64,000 bases of DNA from an uncultured bacterium (GCA_963749495.1 CAVVMW010000010.1:1-64000), one strand, 5' to 3'; shown: positions 1 through 10,436, counted from the first letter of the stretch. Numbers and translations: made by a program. The notes: generated by a model from the sequence alone, not told the origin.

Positions 1-53
1 GATGAAAAGCGCCGGTTCCAAAATCTGAGCGGGCGGAGGGTCGAAAAGCAAAC

Positions 54-77
54 AACCGGCAGCTTCTGCTGCCGGTT
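54..77 (-). terminator. Probable intrinsic terminator downstream of istB
   Basis: Perfect 10-bp stem AACCGGCAGC-ttct-GCTGCCGGTT followed on the minus strand by GTTTGCTTTT. Confidence 0.55.
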
Positions 78-107
78 TTGCAACGGAACTGATAGTGGAG
101 AACCGGA

Positions 108-848
108 TCACGTTTGGATTTGGTCTTTCATGCGAAAGCTGGTGCCTTCAACAACAACCGTCTCGGCGTGATGGAGGAGCCAATCCAGGACGGCGGAGGC
201 CAGCGTGGCGTCATTGTTGAAGATGCTGGCCCACTGTTTGAAGGGTTTGTTGGTAGTCACCACGATGGAACCGCGCTCGTAGCGCTGGCTGATAACCTGG
301 AAGAGCAGGTCGGCGCCATGCTGGTCGATGGGCAGGTAGCCAATCTCATCCTAAATCAACAGCCGGGGACGGAGGTATTTGCGGAGTTCACTTTTGAGGC
401 GGCTGCTTTTCTGGGCGGCGCTGAGTTGGTTGATGACATTGATGGCGTTGGCAAAGAGAACCGAGTGGCCCTCCAGACAGGCCGCGTAGCCGAGGGCGGT
501 GGCCAAGTGGGTCTTGCCCAAGCCAACGTTGCCCAGGAAGATGGCGTTGGCGTTCTGTTCCAGGAACTGCAGGCGAAAGAGGTTCTGCACCTGGAGCCGA
601 TTGATTTTCTTAAGCCAATCCCACTGGAACTGTTCGAGGGTCTTGATGACCGGAAAGCGCGCGGCCTTCACGTGCAGGGCCACGGCGCGCTCCCGGCGCT
701 GCTGGTATTGGCCGTCGATGAGCCGGGCCAGGTATTCGGCGTGAGTCCAGGGCTGCCGGGCAGCCTGCTGGGCCAGGTCGTCGTATTGCGCCTTCAGGAA
801 AGGCAGTTTGAGGTAGTCGAGTTGCTGAGCCAGGAGGGAGGGGTTCAT
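108..848 (-). pseudogene. istB: IS21 helper ATPase IstB with an in-frame stop
   Basis: Walker A GNVGLGKT. Walker B reads LLI*DEIGYLP (TAG at 351-353 where Leu is expected). The frame continues ...RYERGSIVVTTNKPF...GTSFRMKDQIQT to TGA at 108-110. Confidence 0.9.
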
Positions 849-2323
849 GGTTGGGGAGAGGGCGGGTTGGGGTCATAGGGACTCAAGTCGGCCGGGGGCA
901 GGTCCAGTTCCAAGAGGTCCTGCCGGCGGGTCAGGTGCAAGGGCGAGGGCGCCACGGCGTGGCGCTCGCGTTGTTCCAACAGGTTGGCGATGTATTCGCA
1001 GCCGTACGCATCGAAGGTCAGGGCGTCCTGGAGGGCGCGGGCCACTTTATCGGGGCCGTAGAGTTGGCTCAACGCGACGATCTTTTGGATGTGATGGGGA
1101 GCGTTGAAGCGTTTTTCCCGGAGTTTACGGCCGTAGAGTTCGGCCTGCGGTCCCAGGCTCAGGAACGCTTGCAGGCAGGTTTGGTCGCGGGCGCGGTGAC
1201 GCTGCGTCAGGAGTTCCTGGATATGGTCGGGGTTGCGGATGTCCTGGCGGCGGTCGTAGCCGCGCAGGTGGGTAGCGATCAGCTTTTCGTGGTGATAGCA
1301 GAGCACTTGGTCAGGATAGATTTTGAGGCTCAGTTGCTGGGAGGCATAGAGGTGAGGCACGGTGTAGCGATTGGTCTCAAAAACGACGCGGCAACAACTG
1401 TTGGCGCTGGTGGGCCGGACGACTCCGCAGTCATAAGGACGGAGCGGCAGGGCTTTGAGCAGGGGCTTTTCCTGAGCAAACCGTTCCAGGGGTTTGACGT
1501 GGGTCTCGCCGTGGATACGCACGTTGGCCACGGTATCCTGCCACTGCCGGGCGGCGGGATTGACGGCCTCGAAGGAGGGGATCTGCAAACCGCTCAGGAA
1601 GTTCTTTTTGACGTAGCCCACGCCATTTTCCACGCGCCCTTTTTCGTTCGCCTTTTTGACCTGGCAGGCAACGGGGACGAAGCCATGGTGGGCGGCGAAG
1701 TCCAGGTAGCGCGGGTTGAAACGGGCCGCAGCGCCCAGCGGATGTTCGAGCACCCCGACCTTGAGATTATCGATCATGACTTTAGCGGGGATGCCCCCGA
1801 AGAACTCGAAGGCATGGCGGTGGCAGGAGAGGAACTGTTCCATGCCTTCGGAGAGGGTAAACTCCACATAGATGAGGCGGCTGAAGCACAGGACCATCAC
1901 GAAGAAGCTCAAGCGCCGTCTGGTAGAGCCGACGGTGACGGAGCCGAAGCTGCCCCAATCGACCTGCGCGCATTCCCCCGGGGCAAACTCCAGCATCAGG
2001 AAGGCGGGTTTGCGCATCGGGCGCACCAGGCGGACAAACTCCTTGAGGATGCTGTAACCGCCAGCGTAGCCCTGGGGTTTGAGTTCCTGGAGGATTTGCT
2101 GAGCGCTGTAAGGATGACGTTCCAGCAGGCCAACAATCCGGCCCTTGAACGCGTCGAGCTTACTGGGGCGTTTGCCGCCTCGGCGTTGGTGATAGCTGGT
2201 CTGCTCCGCCCACTTGGCGACGGTTTTGGGGTCCAGTTGAAGTTCCACCGCAACCTGGGCGGCAGTGAGATGCTTTTCATCCAAGAGCACTCGAAGCTGG
2301 CAGAAGGTGGGGTAATCGATCAT
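845..2323 (-). CDS. istA: IS21-family DDE transposase IstA
   Basis: N-terminal HTH and motifs PGECAQVDWG, FFVMVLCFSR, DNLK, EKGRVENGVGYVK, RIHGET. Overlaps the istB start. Confidence 0.93.
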   Translation of the reverse strand: MIDYPTFCQLRVLLDEKHLTAAQVAVELQLDPKTVAKWAEQTSYHQRRGGKRPSKLDAFKGRIVGLLERHPYSAQQILQELKPQGYAGGYSILKEFVRLVRPMRKPAFLMLEFAPGECAQVDWGSFGSVTVGSTRRRLSFFVMVLCFSRLIYVEFTLSEGMEQFLSCHRHAFEFFGGIPAKVMIDNLKVGVLEHPLGAAARFNPRYLDFAAHHGFVPVACQVKKANEKGRVENGVGYVKKNFLSGLQIPSFEAVNPAARQWQDTVANVRIHGETHVKPLERFAQEKPLLKALPLRPYDCGVVRPTSANSCCRVVFETNRYTVPHLYASQQLSLKIYPDQVLCYHHEKLIATHLRGYDRRQDIRNPDHIQELLTQRHRARDQTCLQAFLSLGPQAELYGRKLREKRFNAPHHIQKIVALSQLYGPDKVARALQDALTFDAYGCEYIANLLEQRERHAVAPSPLHLTRRQDLLELDLPPADLSPYDPNPPSPQP

Positions 2324-2721
2324 GGCCGACCTCCCGCCAAGGCCCGGCGCAGGATGTCGCCCACGCACTGAGCTTGCTCGCTGCGAGGTGCGTCCGGGGC
2401 CACCGGCTCGGAGGAGACCTCCGGCAGGGCCAGCACCTGGTAGAGAGGTTTTTGATAGGCGATGAGCCCGGCCCGCTCCAATTGCTGACGCGCTGAGGCC
2501 AGTTCCAACGGATCCAGCTTGAGCTGCCGCCCCAGGGCCGCCTCGGAGTAGTAACTCAGGCCTTGGGCGTCGCCGACAGTGACCAGGAACAGGTAGAGAG
2601 CCCAGGCCCGGTGGTCGCAGGTTTTCAGATGGTGGTGACGAATCAACCGGTGGTCCACCCAGCTAAAACTGCTGGGGACCTCACGGAGCCGATTGGGTCG
2701 GAGGAGACGTTTGATGATCAT
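2320..2721 (-). CDS. Hypothetical protein, probable winged-HTH, coupled to istA
   Basis: 133-aa ORF with ALYLFL...GLSYYSEAALGRQL...SARQQLERAGLI. Stop overlaps the istA ATG. Confidence 0.7.
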   Translation of the reverse strand: MIIKRLLRPNRLREVPSSFSWVDHRLIRHHHLKTCDHRAWALYLFLVTVGDAQGLSYYSEAALGRQLKLDPLELASARQQLERAGLIAYQKPLYQVLALPEVSSEPVAPDAPRSEQAQCVGDILRRALAGGRP

Positions 2722-3229
2722 AATCAGAACATGGTTTTTCGTTGCGTTGCTCTGGAAGCACCCGCCCCAGAATGATGCAACCCTGTTCTATCAGGCGGCG
2801 GATCAAAGGCTGGATGTCATCTTGTAACGTACTGCCCGCAAACATCGAGAGCAGTCCGATAAACGCGGGCTCCTGTGCCAGGCAGAAATCTTGTAACGTA
2901 CCGGGCAGAGGTCTCGGTACGTTACGAGATGTCTGCTCGGGGTTAACCGCTTCTGCCTCAATTGGTTGAGTGCCTTCAGACGCAGGGGTTTTCCGCTTCC
3001 AATACCCTGGATGAGCCTTGCGCCAAGCCCGCACCCGGTCGGTGCCTTCGCCCTGCCGAAAGTGCGAAAGATTTTTGGGTTGGCGATACCAGCGCCGCTG
3101 GCTGGCGAGCTTGCTGGCCCGGCGGCAATCCGGTTTTTCGCAGTAGCGTTGATGCTTCCGGTTCCGGTAATCCGGGAAGAAAAACGCGTTGCAACACTGG
3201 CACTTACGTCGCTTGGACTTTGGGCTCAT
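2681..3229 (-). CDS. Hypothetical basic Cys-rich (possible Zn-binding) protein inside the IS21-like element
   Basis: 182 aa, CQCC...YCEKPDC motif, overlaps the next gene. Confidence 0.65.
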   Translation of the reverse strand: MSPKSKRRKCQCCNAFFFPDYRNRKHQRYCEKPDCRRASKLASQRRWYRQPKNLSHFRQGEGTDRVRAWRKAHPGYWKRKTPASEGTQPIEAEAVNPEQTSRNVPRPLPGTLQDFCLAQEPAFIGLLSMFAGSTLQDDIQPLIRRLIEQGCIILGRVLPEQRNEKPCSDYDHQTSPPTQSAP

Positions 3230-3462
3230 CGCGCCCCAACAGCAACACAGCCGCCGAGCGGATCAAAACAAAACAATCGGCCCGAAGAAGAACCAAGGCG
3301 AAGAAGCAAGAAGAGCTCTCAGGAGAATAGCCGGAAGAAAAGACCAGGGAAGAAGAAGGGAATTTCAAACCAGCGGTTTTCCGGGAATATCACTCCGCCG
3401 CTGGCACCTGGACGCCGATGACGTTGCCCTCGTCAAAATGCCTGCCTTCCCACTGACCTGAT

Positions 3463-3714
3463 ATGGCTCGTTTCATTGGCGCACCCACTCGCTGCGCTCC
3501 CTGGGCCCTGTTGATCTGGTTCAAGGACGGCCGCAATTACGAGACTGCCTGCCGGTTCGACACCCGGGAGGACGCAGAGAACTACGCCCGCAACCGCCTG
3601 GCCGATTCTGACGAAGTGGAGCAATTCGCCCTGCTTCGTCGGCGGCCAGGCAAGAGAGAAAGGATCAAGATAATCACCCGCAATGACCCCAACAACCTCA
3701 ACGACCCTGTTTGA
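3463..3714 (+). CDS. Hypothetical protein
   Basis: 83-aa ATG ORF with plausible composition; no family recognised. Confidence 0.4.
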   Translation: MARFIGAPTRCAPWALLIWFKDGRNYETACRFDTREDAENYARNRLADSDEVEQFALLRRRPGKRERIKIITRNDPNNLNDPV

Positions 3715-3808
3715 AATCGGCAGCCATCAACAACCATCAAATCAGCCCCTCGTCGTTTGCTGGGGTATGGGCCAGGACTCGACTGGAACGCTCGTCGGCC
3801 CACTGCTC

Positions 3809-4214
3809 TCAACGCGCCCGAACAGGCTGCACGCTGGCATCTACCACGACGCGTTTGCCTGGCCCTCTGGTCATTGCCGTCTTGAGGAACTCATGCAGTT
3901 CGGGGGCTTTGGCTCTGAGTTGTTCAGCGGAAACATCCTCAAACAGGACTTTGCCCTCAGAGGTCTGGACGGAATAGACCGGCCCTTGGGCTCCAGCTTT
4001 GATAGTGATCGTTTGGCCGCGCCTTTCAAGGTAGCCAATGATAGGGAAGTCAGAAGCTGCCGGACGTTTGGCTTCCGTGGTGGCGAGCCTCTGCTTCCAC
4101 GTGACTCGGTTTGGTGGTTTTGGCATCGCGATCAGGATTCCCCTCAGATAGGGCGCAACCTCCCAGAACGAGCAGAGCCATCCCGCCCAAGAAAACCGTT
4201 ACGTTCGTTTTCAT
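3809..4214 (-). pseudogene. Putative lipoprotein with one frameshift
   Basis: ATG at 4214 gives MKTNVTVFLGGMALLVLGGC (lipobox-like). A frameshift near 4080-4100 joins it to the 3809-4126 ORF. Confidence 0.5.
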
Positions 4215-4372
4215 AATCGCCGCTTGCGGACGCCACCCGATGCAGATGGGTCCGGAGTGTTAGACCGCACAGAGGCGTATTCTGTTCGAAATCTTGGCAG
4301 ATTCAAAACCAGTGGGCGGCCGATCAATACATGAACCCTTGTGACCCGCAATCAAGCACTCACCAATCAACC

Positions 4373-6076
4373 GTGTCCCCTCGGCAAGGCTGCGTGAACC
4401 GGACTACCAACTGCTGGAGAAGCTGGTGGGCAGCGTGCAGCAACTGTGGCAGTTGGTTGGGCAGGAGAAGATGTCTCTGGGGCGGTTGCGCTACTTGCTC
4501 TTTGGCCCCAGGACGGAGAAAACCGATAGCATCCTGCCGCCCAGCCCCGCCGCAGCGGGCGCCCCGGCCACTGCCGCCGCAGACCAGGCTGGCCAACCCG
4601 CGCCGGGTGCCAAACGCAAGGGACACGGCCGCCACGGCGCCGCCGCTTACACTGGGGCTCGTCGGGTTCAAGTCGCTCACCCCCAACTGCACGCAGGCCA
4701 GCCCTGCCCGGCCTGCACCCAAGGCAAACTCTACGCCCTGACCGAGCCCAGCCCGATCCTGCGCATCATCGCCCAACCGATCTTCCCGGCCACGGTTTAT
4801 GAACTGGAAAAGCTGCGCTGCCATCTCTGCGGACAAGTCTTCACGGCTCCCGCTCCGCCGGAGGCGGGCACCCAGAAGTATGATGAGAGCGTCGGCAGCA
4901 TGGTCGCGGTGCTGCGCTATGGCAGTGGCGTGCCCCATGCCCGCATCGAAAAACTCCAGGCCGGCTTTGGCGTGCCCCTGCCCGCCACCACGCAATGGGA
5001 GCTGGGCGCGGCGGGGGGCCGGGCCGCCCAGCCCGTGTTCCAAGAACTCCAACGCCAGGCGGCGCAGCAACCGTTGCTCTACAACGACGACACCAATATG
5101 AGCGTGCTGAGCTTGCGCCCAAGCCGCTCCGAGGCAGCGGCCACTCAAAGGGAGCCCGCCCAGCAAGCCAAAGAGCCAACGGGCATCTTCACCTCGGGCA
5201 TCCTGGCCGAAGGCGGCGGCCACCCCATAGCCCTGTTCTTCACCGGCCATCAACATGCCGGGGAAAATCTCAACGAACTGCTCCGGCAACGAGACCCGAA
5301 GCTGCCGCCCCCCATCCAGATGTGCGATGCCCTTTCGCGCAATGACCCCAAGGAGTTCGCGGCCCTGCTGGCCAATTGCATGAGCCATGCCCGTCGAGGG
5401 TTCGTTGAGGTCGCCGCCAACTTCCCGGAGGAGTGTCGCTTCGTGCTCCAGAGCTTGCGGGCGGTTTACCGCCACGACGCCCAGGCCAAAGAAAAAGGCT
5501 TATCGTCCCAAGAGCGCTTGGCCTTCCACCAGACCCACAGCGGCCCGGTGATGGAACAACTGCGGCAGTGGATGGGCCAACAACTGGATCAGAAACGGGT
5601 CGAACCCAACTCCGGCTTGGGCCGGGCCATCCGCTATGTGCAAAACCACTGGGAGGCGTTGACCTTGTTCTTGCGCCAGCCGGGAGCTCCGCTGGACAAC
5701 AACCTTGCGAGCAGGCGCTCAAAATGGCCATCCTCCACCGGAAAAACTCGTTGTTCTTCAAAACCCAGCATGGCGCTGAAGTGGGGGACCTCTTCATGAG
5801 CCTCATCCACACCTGCCGCCTCAACGGAGCCGACCCCTTCGACTATCTTACGGCCCTGCAGCGAAACAGCCGCCAGGTTCAAGAGCACCCGGAGCGCTGG
5901 CTCCCATGGAACTACTTATTGGTCTCCACGCCCACCGACACCGGCTGAGCCCACTCCCGCTCTGGCCCTATAGTCCCCAATCTCCGGGCGCCCACGCTGC
6001 CGGCCGGGACCGTCCGGCCCCGCCTCGGAAAGATCTTGGGATTTTTGGGCCATCCGCAGGCTTGCCGAAGGGACAC
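4373..6076 (+). mobile_element. Internally deleted IS66-family element
   Basis: 22-bp terminal IRs, 20/22 identical: GTGTCCCCTCGGCAAGGCTGCG (4373-4394) and CGCAGGCTTGCCGAAGGGACAC (6055-6076). No TSD. Confidence 0.85.
4390..5948 (+). pseudogene. tnpC: IS66 TnpC transposase, 5'-truncated and frameshifted near 5706
   Basis: LFGPRTEK, CPAC...CHLC, DDT, CMSHARRGF, LDNN/CEQALK, NGADPFDYL, WLPWNY motifs split over two frames. Confidence 0.85.
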
Positions 6077-6106
6077 AGATACTCTATCCAACTGAGCTAC
6101 GGGCGC
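6077..6106 (-). pseudogene. 5' fragment of a tRNA gene (Arg-like), cut at the anticodon stem by IS66
   Basis: Minus strand GCGCCCGTAGCTCAGTTGGATAGAGTATCT is an acceptor 5' strand plus D-arm typical of tRNA-Arg. The anticodon is absent. Confidence 0.75.
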
Positions 6107-6379
6107 GCCCTCGTGACAAACCACCGAAGACGTATTTCGCACACATCCCCATCGGTGGCAAGCTCATTCGGCATGCCCTGCACGGTTCATTAAGCGTGTC
6201 GAGCGTAAGCGGTATGAGCGCGGCCCCGCCGCGATTGATTGCCCCATCGCGATCCCCAATCCACCGCTGTTTTGTTCGGTCGCCGCCGAACAAAACGACG
6301 CCCAATTCTGAATTTCGTGCGTCCTGCGCCCGGACAAAAGTCTTGTCTTTCGGCCCAGATCAGCCAGATTGTGTTCATC

Positions 6380-6622
6380 GTGAATGCGATTGAAACAACT
6401 GGAATTGTGGACGCGCAACATCAGTTGCGGCTGGATGAGCCGTTGCCCATTCCGGGGCAAAGCCGTGTTCGCGTGATCGTTTTAGTCCCGGAAGCGGAGG
6501 ACGTCTCGGAGGCGGCTTGGACGAAAGCAGTGTCAGCCAGCCCGGCGTTCGATTTTCTGAAAGATGCGGCGGAGGACGTTTACACTGCCGCCGACGGCAA
6601 GCCGTTCCATGACCAAGGGTAA
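6380..6622 (+). CDS. Putative antitoxin
   Basis: 80-aa acidic protein (GTG start) overlapping the toxin start. Confidence 0.65.
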   Translation: MNAIETTGIVDAQHQLRLDEPLPIPGQSRVRVIVLVPEAEDVSEAAWTKAVSASPAFDFLKDAAEDVYTAADGKPFHDQG

Positions 6623-6959
6623 AATCGTCCTTGTGCCTTTTCCGTTCGATGAGCTGACCGCCGAAAAAGTCCGGCCAGCGCTTTGTTTGACTGACCCAAT
6701 CGGCCCCCATCGCCATGTGATCGTGGCCTTCATCAGCAGCCAGGTTCCGACGGCTGTCAGTGCCACCAACATCGTCCTTGAGCCGGGCCAAAAGGATTTT
6801 GCGGCGACGGGATTGCGCGTTCCCTCCGTTTTGCGCTTGCACCGCCTGGTCACGTTGACGAGCGCCATTATTCGCCGCGAATTGGGCGAGTTGTCCCCGG
6901 ATTTACAGCGTGACGTGGATCGGAAATTGGCTGCCCTGTTTGGACTGAAGGCATCGTGA
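6609..6959 (+). CDS. PemK/MazF-family toxin
   Basis: KGKIVLVPFPF...KVRPALCL...VAFISS...TGLRVPSVLRLHRL...LGEL signature. Confidence 0.88.
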   Translation: MTKGKIVLVPFPFDELTAEKVRPALCLTDPIGPHRHVIVAFISSQVPTAVSATNIVLEPGQKDFAATGLRVPSVLRLHRLVTLTSAIIRRELGELSPDLQRDVDRKLAALFGLKAS

Positions 6960-7227
6960 TTCTCCGTACTCGTATTCTATACTGGTAGCTGTTTTCAGAG
7001 CGAAAAAAGGCAAACGGCGACCAAAAAAGACCCCATCAATAACCGTGTCGTTTTCGGCACGAGACCTTGTCGGCAGTGCGGGAGCACGATCACGTTTTGC
7101 AATCCCGTGAGTTTCGAGTTCTCGCTCAAGGGGGTGGTACGCTTTGCCGAGAATGCACGGGGTCAATCCGCAGAAGGAGACCGCTCAAAGTCAAAGCGGT
7201 ATCCGCAAACCTTCCCGGGGAGAACGA

Positions 7228-7442
7228 TTGAAAAGCGATCTGGCGATTGAGGGGCAAATTGAAAAGTGTCTTGGCAGGATTTCTTCCGAGTCACCATTTC
7301 AAGCGGTCATTCCCTGCTCTGCAAACCCTCTGGGAAGTTATTCCACGTCCACCGAATTCGATTGAATGAAGGGGAAAAGGTTCAAGTGCGGTTGAACGAG
7401 TACGCTCTTTCCAAGGGAGTGATCACGTATCGTCTCAAATGA
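7228..7442 (+). pseudogene. Divergent translation initiation factor IF-1-like gene, frameshift near 7275
   Basis: Joined frames give LKSDLAIEGQIEKCLG/QDFFRVTISSGHSLLCKPSGKLFHVHRIRLNEGEKVQVRLNEYALSKGVITYRLK*, colinear with IF-1. GGGGAGA lies upstream of the TTG. Confidence 0.75.
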
Positions 7443-7563
7443 CCCCGGAGGAACCGAGGAACGAGGTAAATGAGCGGTCAAAAAACGTGACCTCGTATGT
7501 TGAACGAGGATGCCCCGACTTTTGGGAAAAAAGTGTGGTTTCGATTCAGAACATTTTGATTCG

Positions 7564-8482
7564 TCACTTAAACTGCCTTATTATCTCAAGAGCGCCGTCA
7601 ATCGGTTCTGATACAGAGTATCCAGAATAGACCAGCACGCTATTAGTTACGCCAACGTCCGCAAATACTCTCGTTGCTGCGGGCACGAATTGAACCATTA
7701 TGCCCGCTATCTTGTACCTCCCCTCGGGAAGCAGAAATACGTTCGTTGATTACCAATGGACCACCGCTATTGCCTCCAAAAACGCCGGAATCAATGATGA
7801 GTTTGCCGGTGGTGCCATTCTTCTGTGAAATCATCCCCCTCCGTATTAGGGGCAAATGAAAATCAACTTCACGTGACCCCCCATCGAGCAGTTCCGTCGG
7901 GAAACCGAGAATCAGAGCATCATCTCCCTCCAAAACGTTATCTGCAAGTTGGCAGCTCTTAGCGGTATCCCAGACCGGAGGACCCGCACCACCCTTAACG
8001 ACCGAAATGCCTGTGTTAAAGTGAACCACGTTTGACCCGTCCTCGGTCCCGAGATAGATAGCAATAATATCACGACGGGGGTGAGGTCGTATGAACCCCT
8101 TTCCTCTTAGGCACCCCAAATCGAGGTTAATGATGCACCGCCTGTCTGCATCAGGTCCCAATGTCAGGCAATAAAGCGTGGCATTTGTGTTCTTCAGAGG
8201 CAAAGAGGTGACATTAACATCAAGTATCACGTGTTTTGCCGTGACGAAAAGGCATTTGTTTGAAAATTGGAGGTAAAATCCAGACCCCGTGAACTCTCGA
8301 TTTGAAGACCCGGGAACGGGGATTGTAACCATGACCGGCATCCGTAAAAGGTCGGGAGGCAGGCGTGTCGGGTTTTCAGCAGCGGTGACCCTCAGCAGTT
8401 GAGCGAGAATTAAGGGCAGAAAGGCAAAGCGTGCCCGGCGGATGCTCCGACTGGCGTTTTTCAAGTCCAGACGATTCTTCAT
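7564..8482 (-). CDS. Secreted trypsin-like serine protease (frameshift near 7720-7740)
   Basis: Signal peptide, GSGF, VTAKHV, DI, GGNSGGP catalytic motifs. The C-terminus continues in another frame (YKIAGIMVQ...LEIIRQFK*). Confidence 0.75.
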
Positions 8483-8662
8483 CTTGGAGGTTAAACGGGA
8501 GCGTGGCGCAAATGCTCCCGCTGCGCAACGACAAATCGCTGGACGCTGGACGGCGAGTCGGCCAGGAGTCCCGGCACGCGCCCCGGATGCCCGTCAATCG
8601 CTCCCGGGGTGCCTTCCGGGGCAGTGGGCGAGCTGGCCGGCCGATTCTGAGCGGCTGTTTGT

Positions 8663-9175
8663 TTATTGCCGGACCTGGACGTAGCTGGAGCCTTTGGCTT
8701 TGCAGATCGGGCAGGTTTGGGGAGGAGTTCCGAACTCGATGTGGCCGCAGACGGGACACAGATAGATTTTCGGCTCGGGCAAATCCTGGCCCTTCTGAAC
8801 CGCTTCCAAGGCGAGTTGGTAAAGCCGGGCATGGACGGCCTCGGCCTTGGTGGCGTAATCGAACATCCGCCTGGCCTTGTGGCCCTCGGCTTCCGCCTGC
8901 TTGAGCATGGGCGGATACATCTTCGTGTATTCATAGGTCTCCCCCTCTATGGCCGCCGCAAGATTCGCGGCGGTGGACCCGATGCCGTCCAGGGCGCCGA
9001 GGTGTCCCTCGGCGTGAATTCGCTCTGCTTCGGCTGTGGTGCGGAAAAGGGCGGCAACGTTTCGAAAGCCGTCCTTTTCGGCCTTTCTAGCGAAGGCCAG
9101 ATACTTCTGGCTGGCCTGACTTTCTCCGGCAAATGCTTCTTTGAGGTTCTCGAGGGTGTGTTTCATGGTGTTCAT
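8663..9175 (-). CDS. Rubrerythrin
   Basis: TLENLKEAFAGESQA, AERIHA, GETYEY, AEAVHA diiron motifs plus C-terminal CPVCGH...CPIC rubredoxin-like site. Confidence 0.93.
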   Translation of the reverse strand: MNTMKHTLENLKEAFAGESQASQKYLAFARKAEKDGFRNVAALFRTTAEAERIHAEGHLGALDGIGSTAANLAAAIEGETYEYTKMYPPMLKQAEAEGHKARRMFDYATKAEAVHARLYQLALEAVQKGQDLPEPKIYLCPVCGHIEFGTPPQTCPICKAKGSSYVQVRQ

Positions 9176-9365
9176 CGGATGCTCATCATCCTGGGGCCCA
9201 TCATACAGGACCGGGCGAAAAAGCAAGTTCTTTTCCTTCAATGAATTGACTTGCCGCGACGATCCGTTCACGATGCGAATCGACAACGGCAATCAGGCCG
9301 GACTTGCTCGCCTCCCAAGCAAAGGATCGAGGGCGCGCCTGGCATGGCCGGTCGCCAAATGCAGC

Positions 9366-10394
9366 ATGAAAGTTATCGTTGCCAGCCCTTGGATCCCTGC
9401 CGAGTGGATTCGGGCTCACGGCCACGAACCCTGCGGCGTTTGGTTTCACCCCGGCTTTGGGTCGCCGCGCGCCGGGGTTGGCGAGGGGGTCTGCCCTTTC
9501 GCCCAGAGAGTGCTGCGTTTGGCCGAAGCACGAACGGAGTTCGCCTTTGTCTTCGCGACCCATTGCGATCAACTGCGGCGCGCGCACGATTCAATTGGCG
9601 GCGCGGCAGCGGACCGGAGCTTTCTTTTCAACTTGCCGGCAACTTGGCAGACGGGGGCAGTTCGAAAGCTGATTTGCGCAGAGTTGAAGCGGCTCGGCGA
9701 TTTTCTGGTGCAGGTGGGAGGCCGGGCGCCCACAGCGCAATTGCTCGCACACCACCTGCAGAGCTACCGCGCGGCCCGCACGGAGTTGGCGCGGGCGGGG
9801 CGATGGTGTTACGGCTCCGCTTATGCGAACGCAGTCGCCCAATTTCACCGGGAGGGCTCGTTCAAACTGCCGCCTCGACGCCAGCCTGCGCCTGGCACTC
9901 AAGCCCGGGAGGAGAATAGGGCGCCGCGCCTTGCGCTGATCGGCGGGCCGCTGGGCACGAACGATATGGAATTGATAGGCCAGATCGAGGCGATGGGCGG
10001 CGCCCTGGTGCTCAACGCCACCGAAAGCGGAGAGCGCACCCTGGCCCCGCATGCCCTGGATCAGGATCAGGAGAAAGAGCCTTGGAGGCCCGGATGCGAC
10101 CAGGTTGACGGGATGGCCGACGAGCTGGCGCAATGCATTCTGGACCAGTGCGTGGATGTGTTCCAACGCCCGAATACGCGTCTGTATGCCTGGCTTGACC
10201 AGCGCCTGGCTGAGCGCAAGGTGCAAGGGCTCATCCTCTGGCACCATGTCGCGTGTGATCTCTGGCGGGCCGAAGCCGAGGGCCTTCGCGAGGCCTTCAA
10301 GCTCCCGCTTCTGTTACTCGAGGCGGATGAGTCAGGCGGCAGCTCCCAGCGCAATGCCGGTCGTGTCCAGGCATTCCTGGAGGCGCTCAGGTGA
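9366..10394 (+). CDS. 2-hydroxyacyl-CoA dehydratase subunit (HgdA/B, FldB/C family)
   Basis: PWIPAEWIRAHG, CPF, THCDQLRR, C-terminal ACDLW...RVQAFLEAL. Confidence 0.8.
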   Translation: MKVIVASPWIPAEWIRAHGHEPCGVWFHPGFGSPRAGVGEGVCPFAQRVLRLAEARTEFAFVFATHCDQLRRAHDSIGGAAADRSFLFNLPATWQTGAVRKLICAELKRLGDFLVQVGGRAPTAQLLAHHLQSYRAARTELARAGRWCYGSAYANAVAQFHREGSFKLPPRRQPAPGTQAREENRAPRLALIGGPLGTNDMELIGQIEAMGGALVLNATESGERTLAPHALDQDQEKEPWRPGCDQVDGMADELAQCILDQCVDVFQRPNTRLYAWLDQRLAERKVQGLILWHHVACDLWRAEAEGLREAFKLPLLLLEADESGGSSQRNAGRVQAFLEALR

Positions 10395-10436
10395 AGGCCT
10401 CATGCGGAGTGCGTGCGAGGCACCACAAAGGGACGG

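Larger units (their letters stand above)
1..3406 (-). mobile_element. IS21-family-like element (two accessory ORFs + istA + istB); other end just outside the window
   Basis: Terminus 3358-3406 reads TGCCAGCGGCGGAGTGATATTCCCGGAAAACCGCTGGTTTGAAATTCCC on the minus strand (TG start, two internal repeats). A matching inverted unit GAAAAGCGCCGGTTCCAAAAT lies at 4-24. istA/istB genes are inside. Confidence 0.8.

Noticed and set aside
351..353. Pyrrolysine/amber read-through in istB
   Set aside because: The position is a conserved hydrophobic Walker B residue, so a TTG>TAG mutation or error is simpler. No pyl genes are seen.
114..2371. Long plus-strand ORFs 114-878 and 851-2371 (and similar shadows at 22123, 26977, 45655, 57006)
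   Set aside because: They are antisense shadows of well-supported genes in GC-rich DNA, with no motifs.
4215..4270. attC-like site ending GTTAGAC
   Set aside because: No convincing complementary R'' box or pairing.
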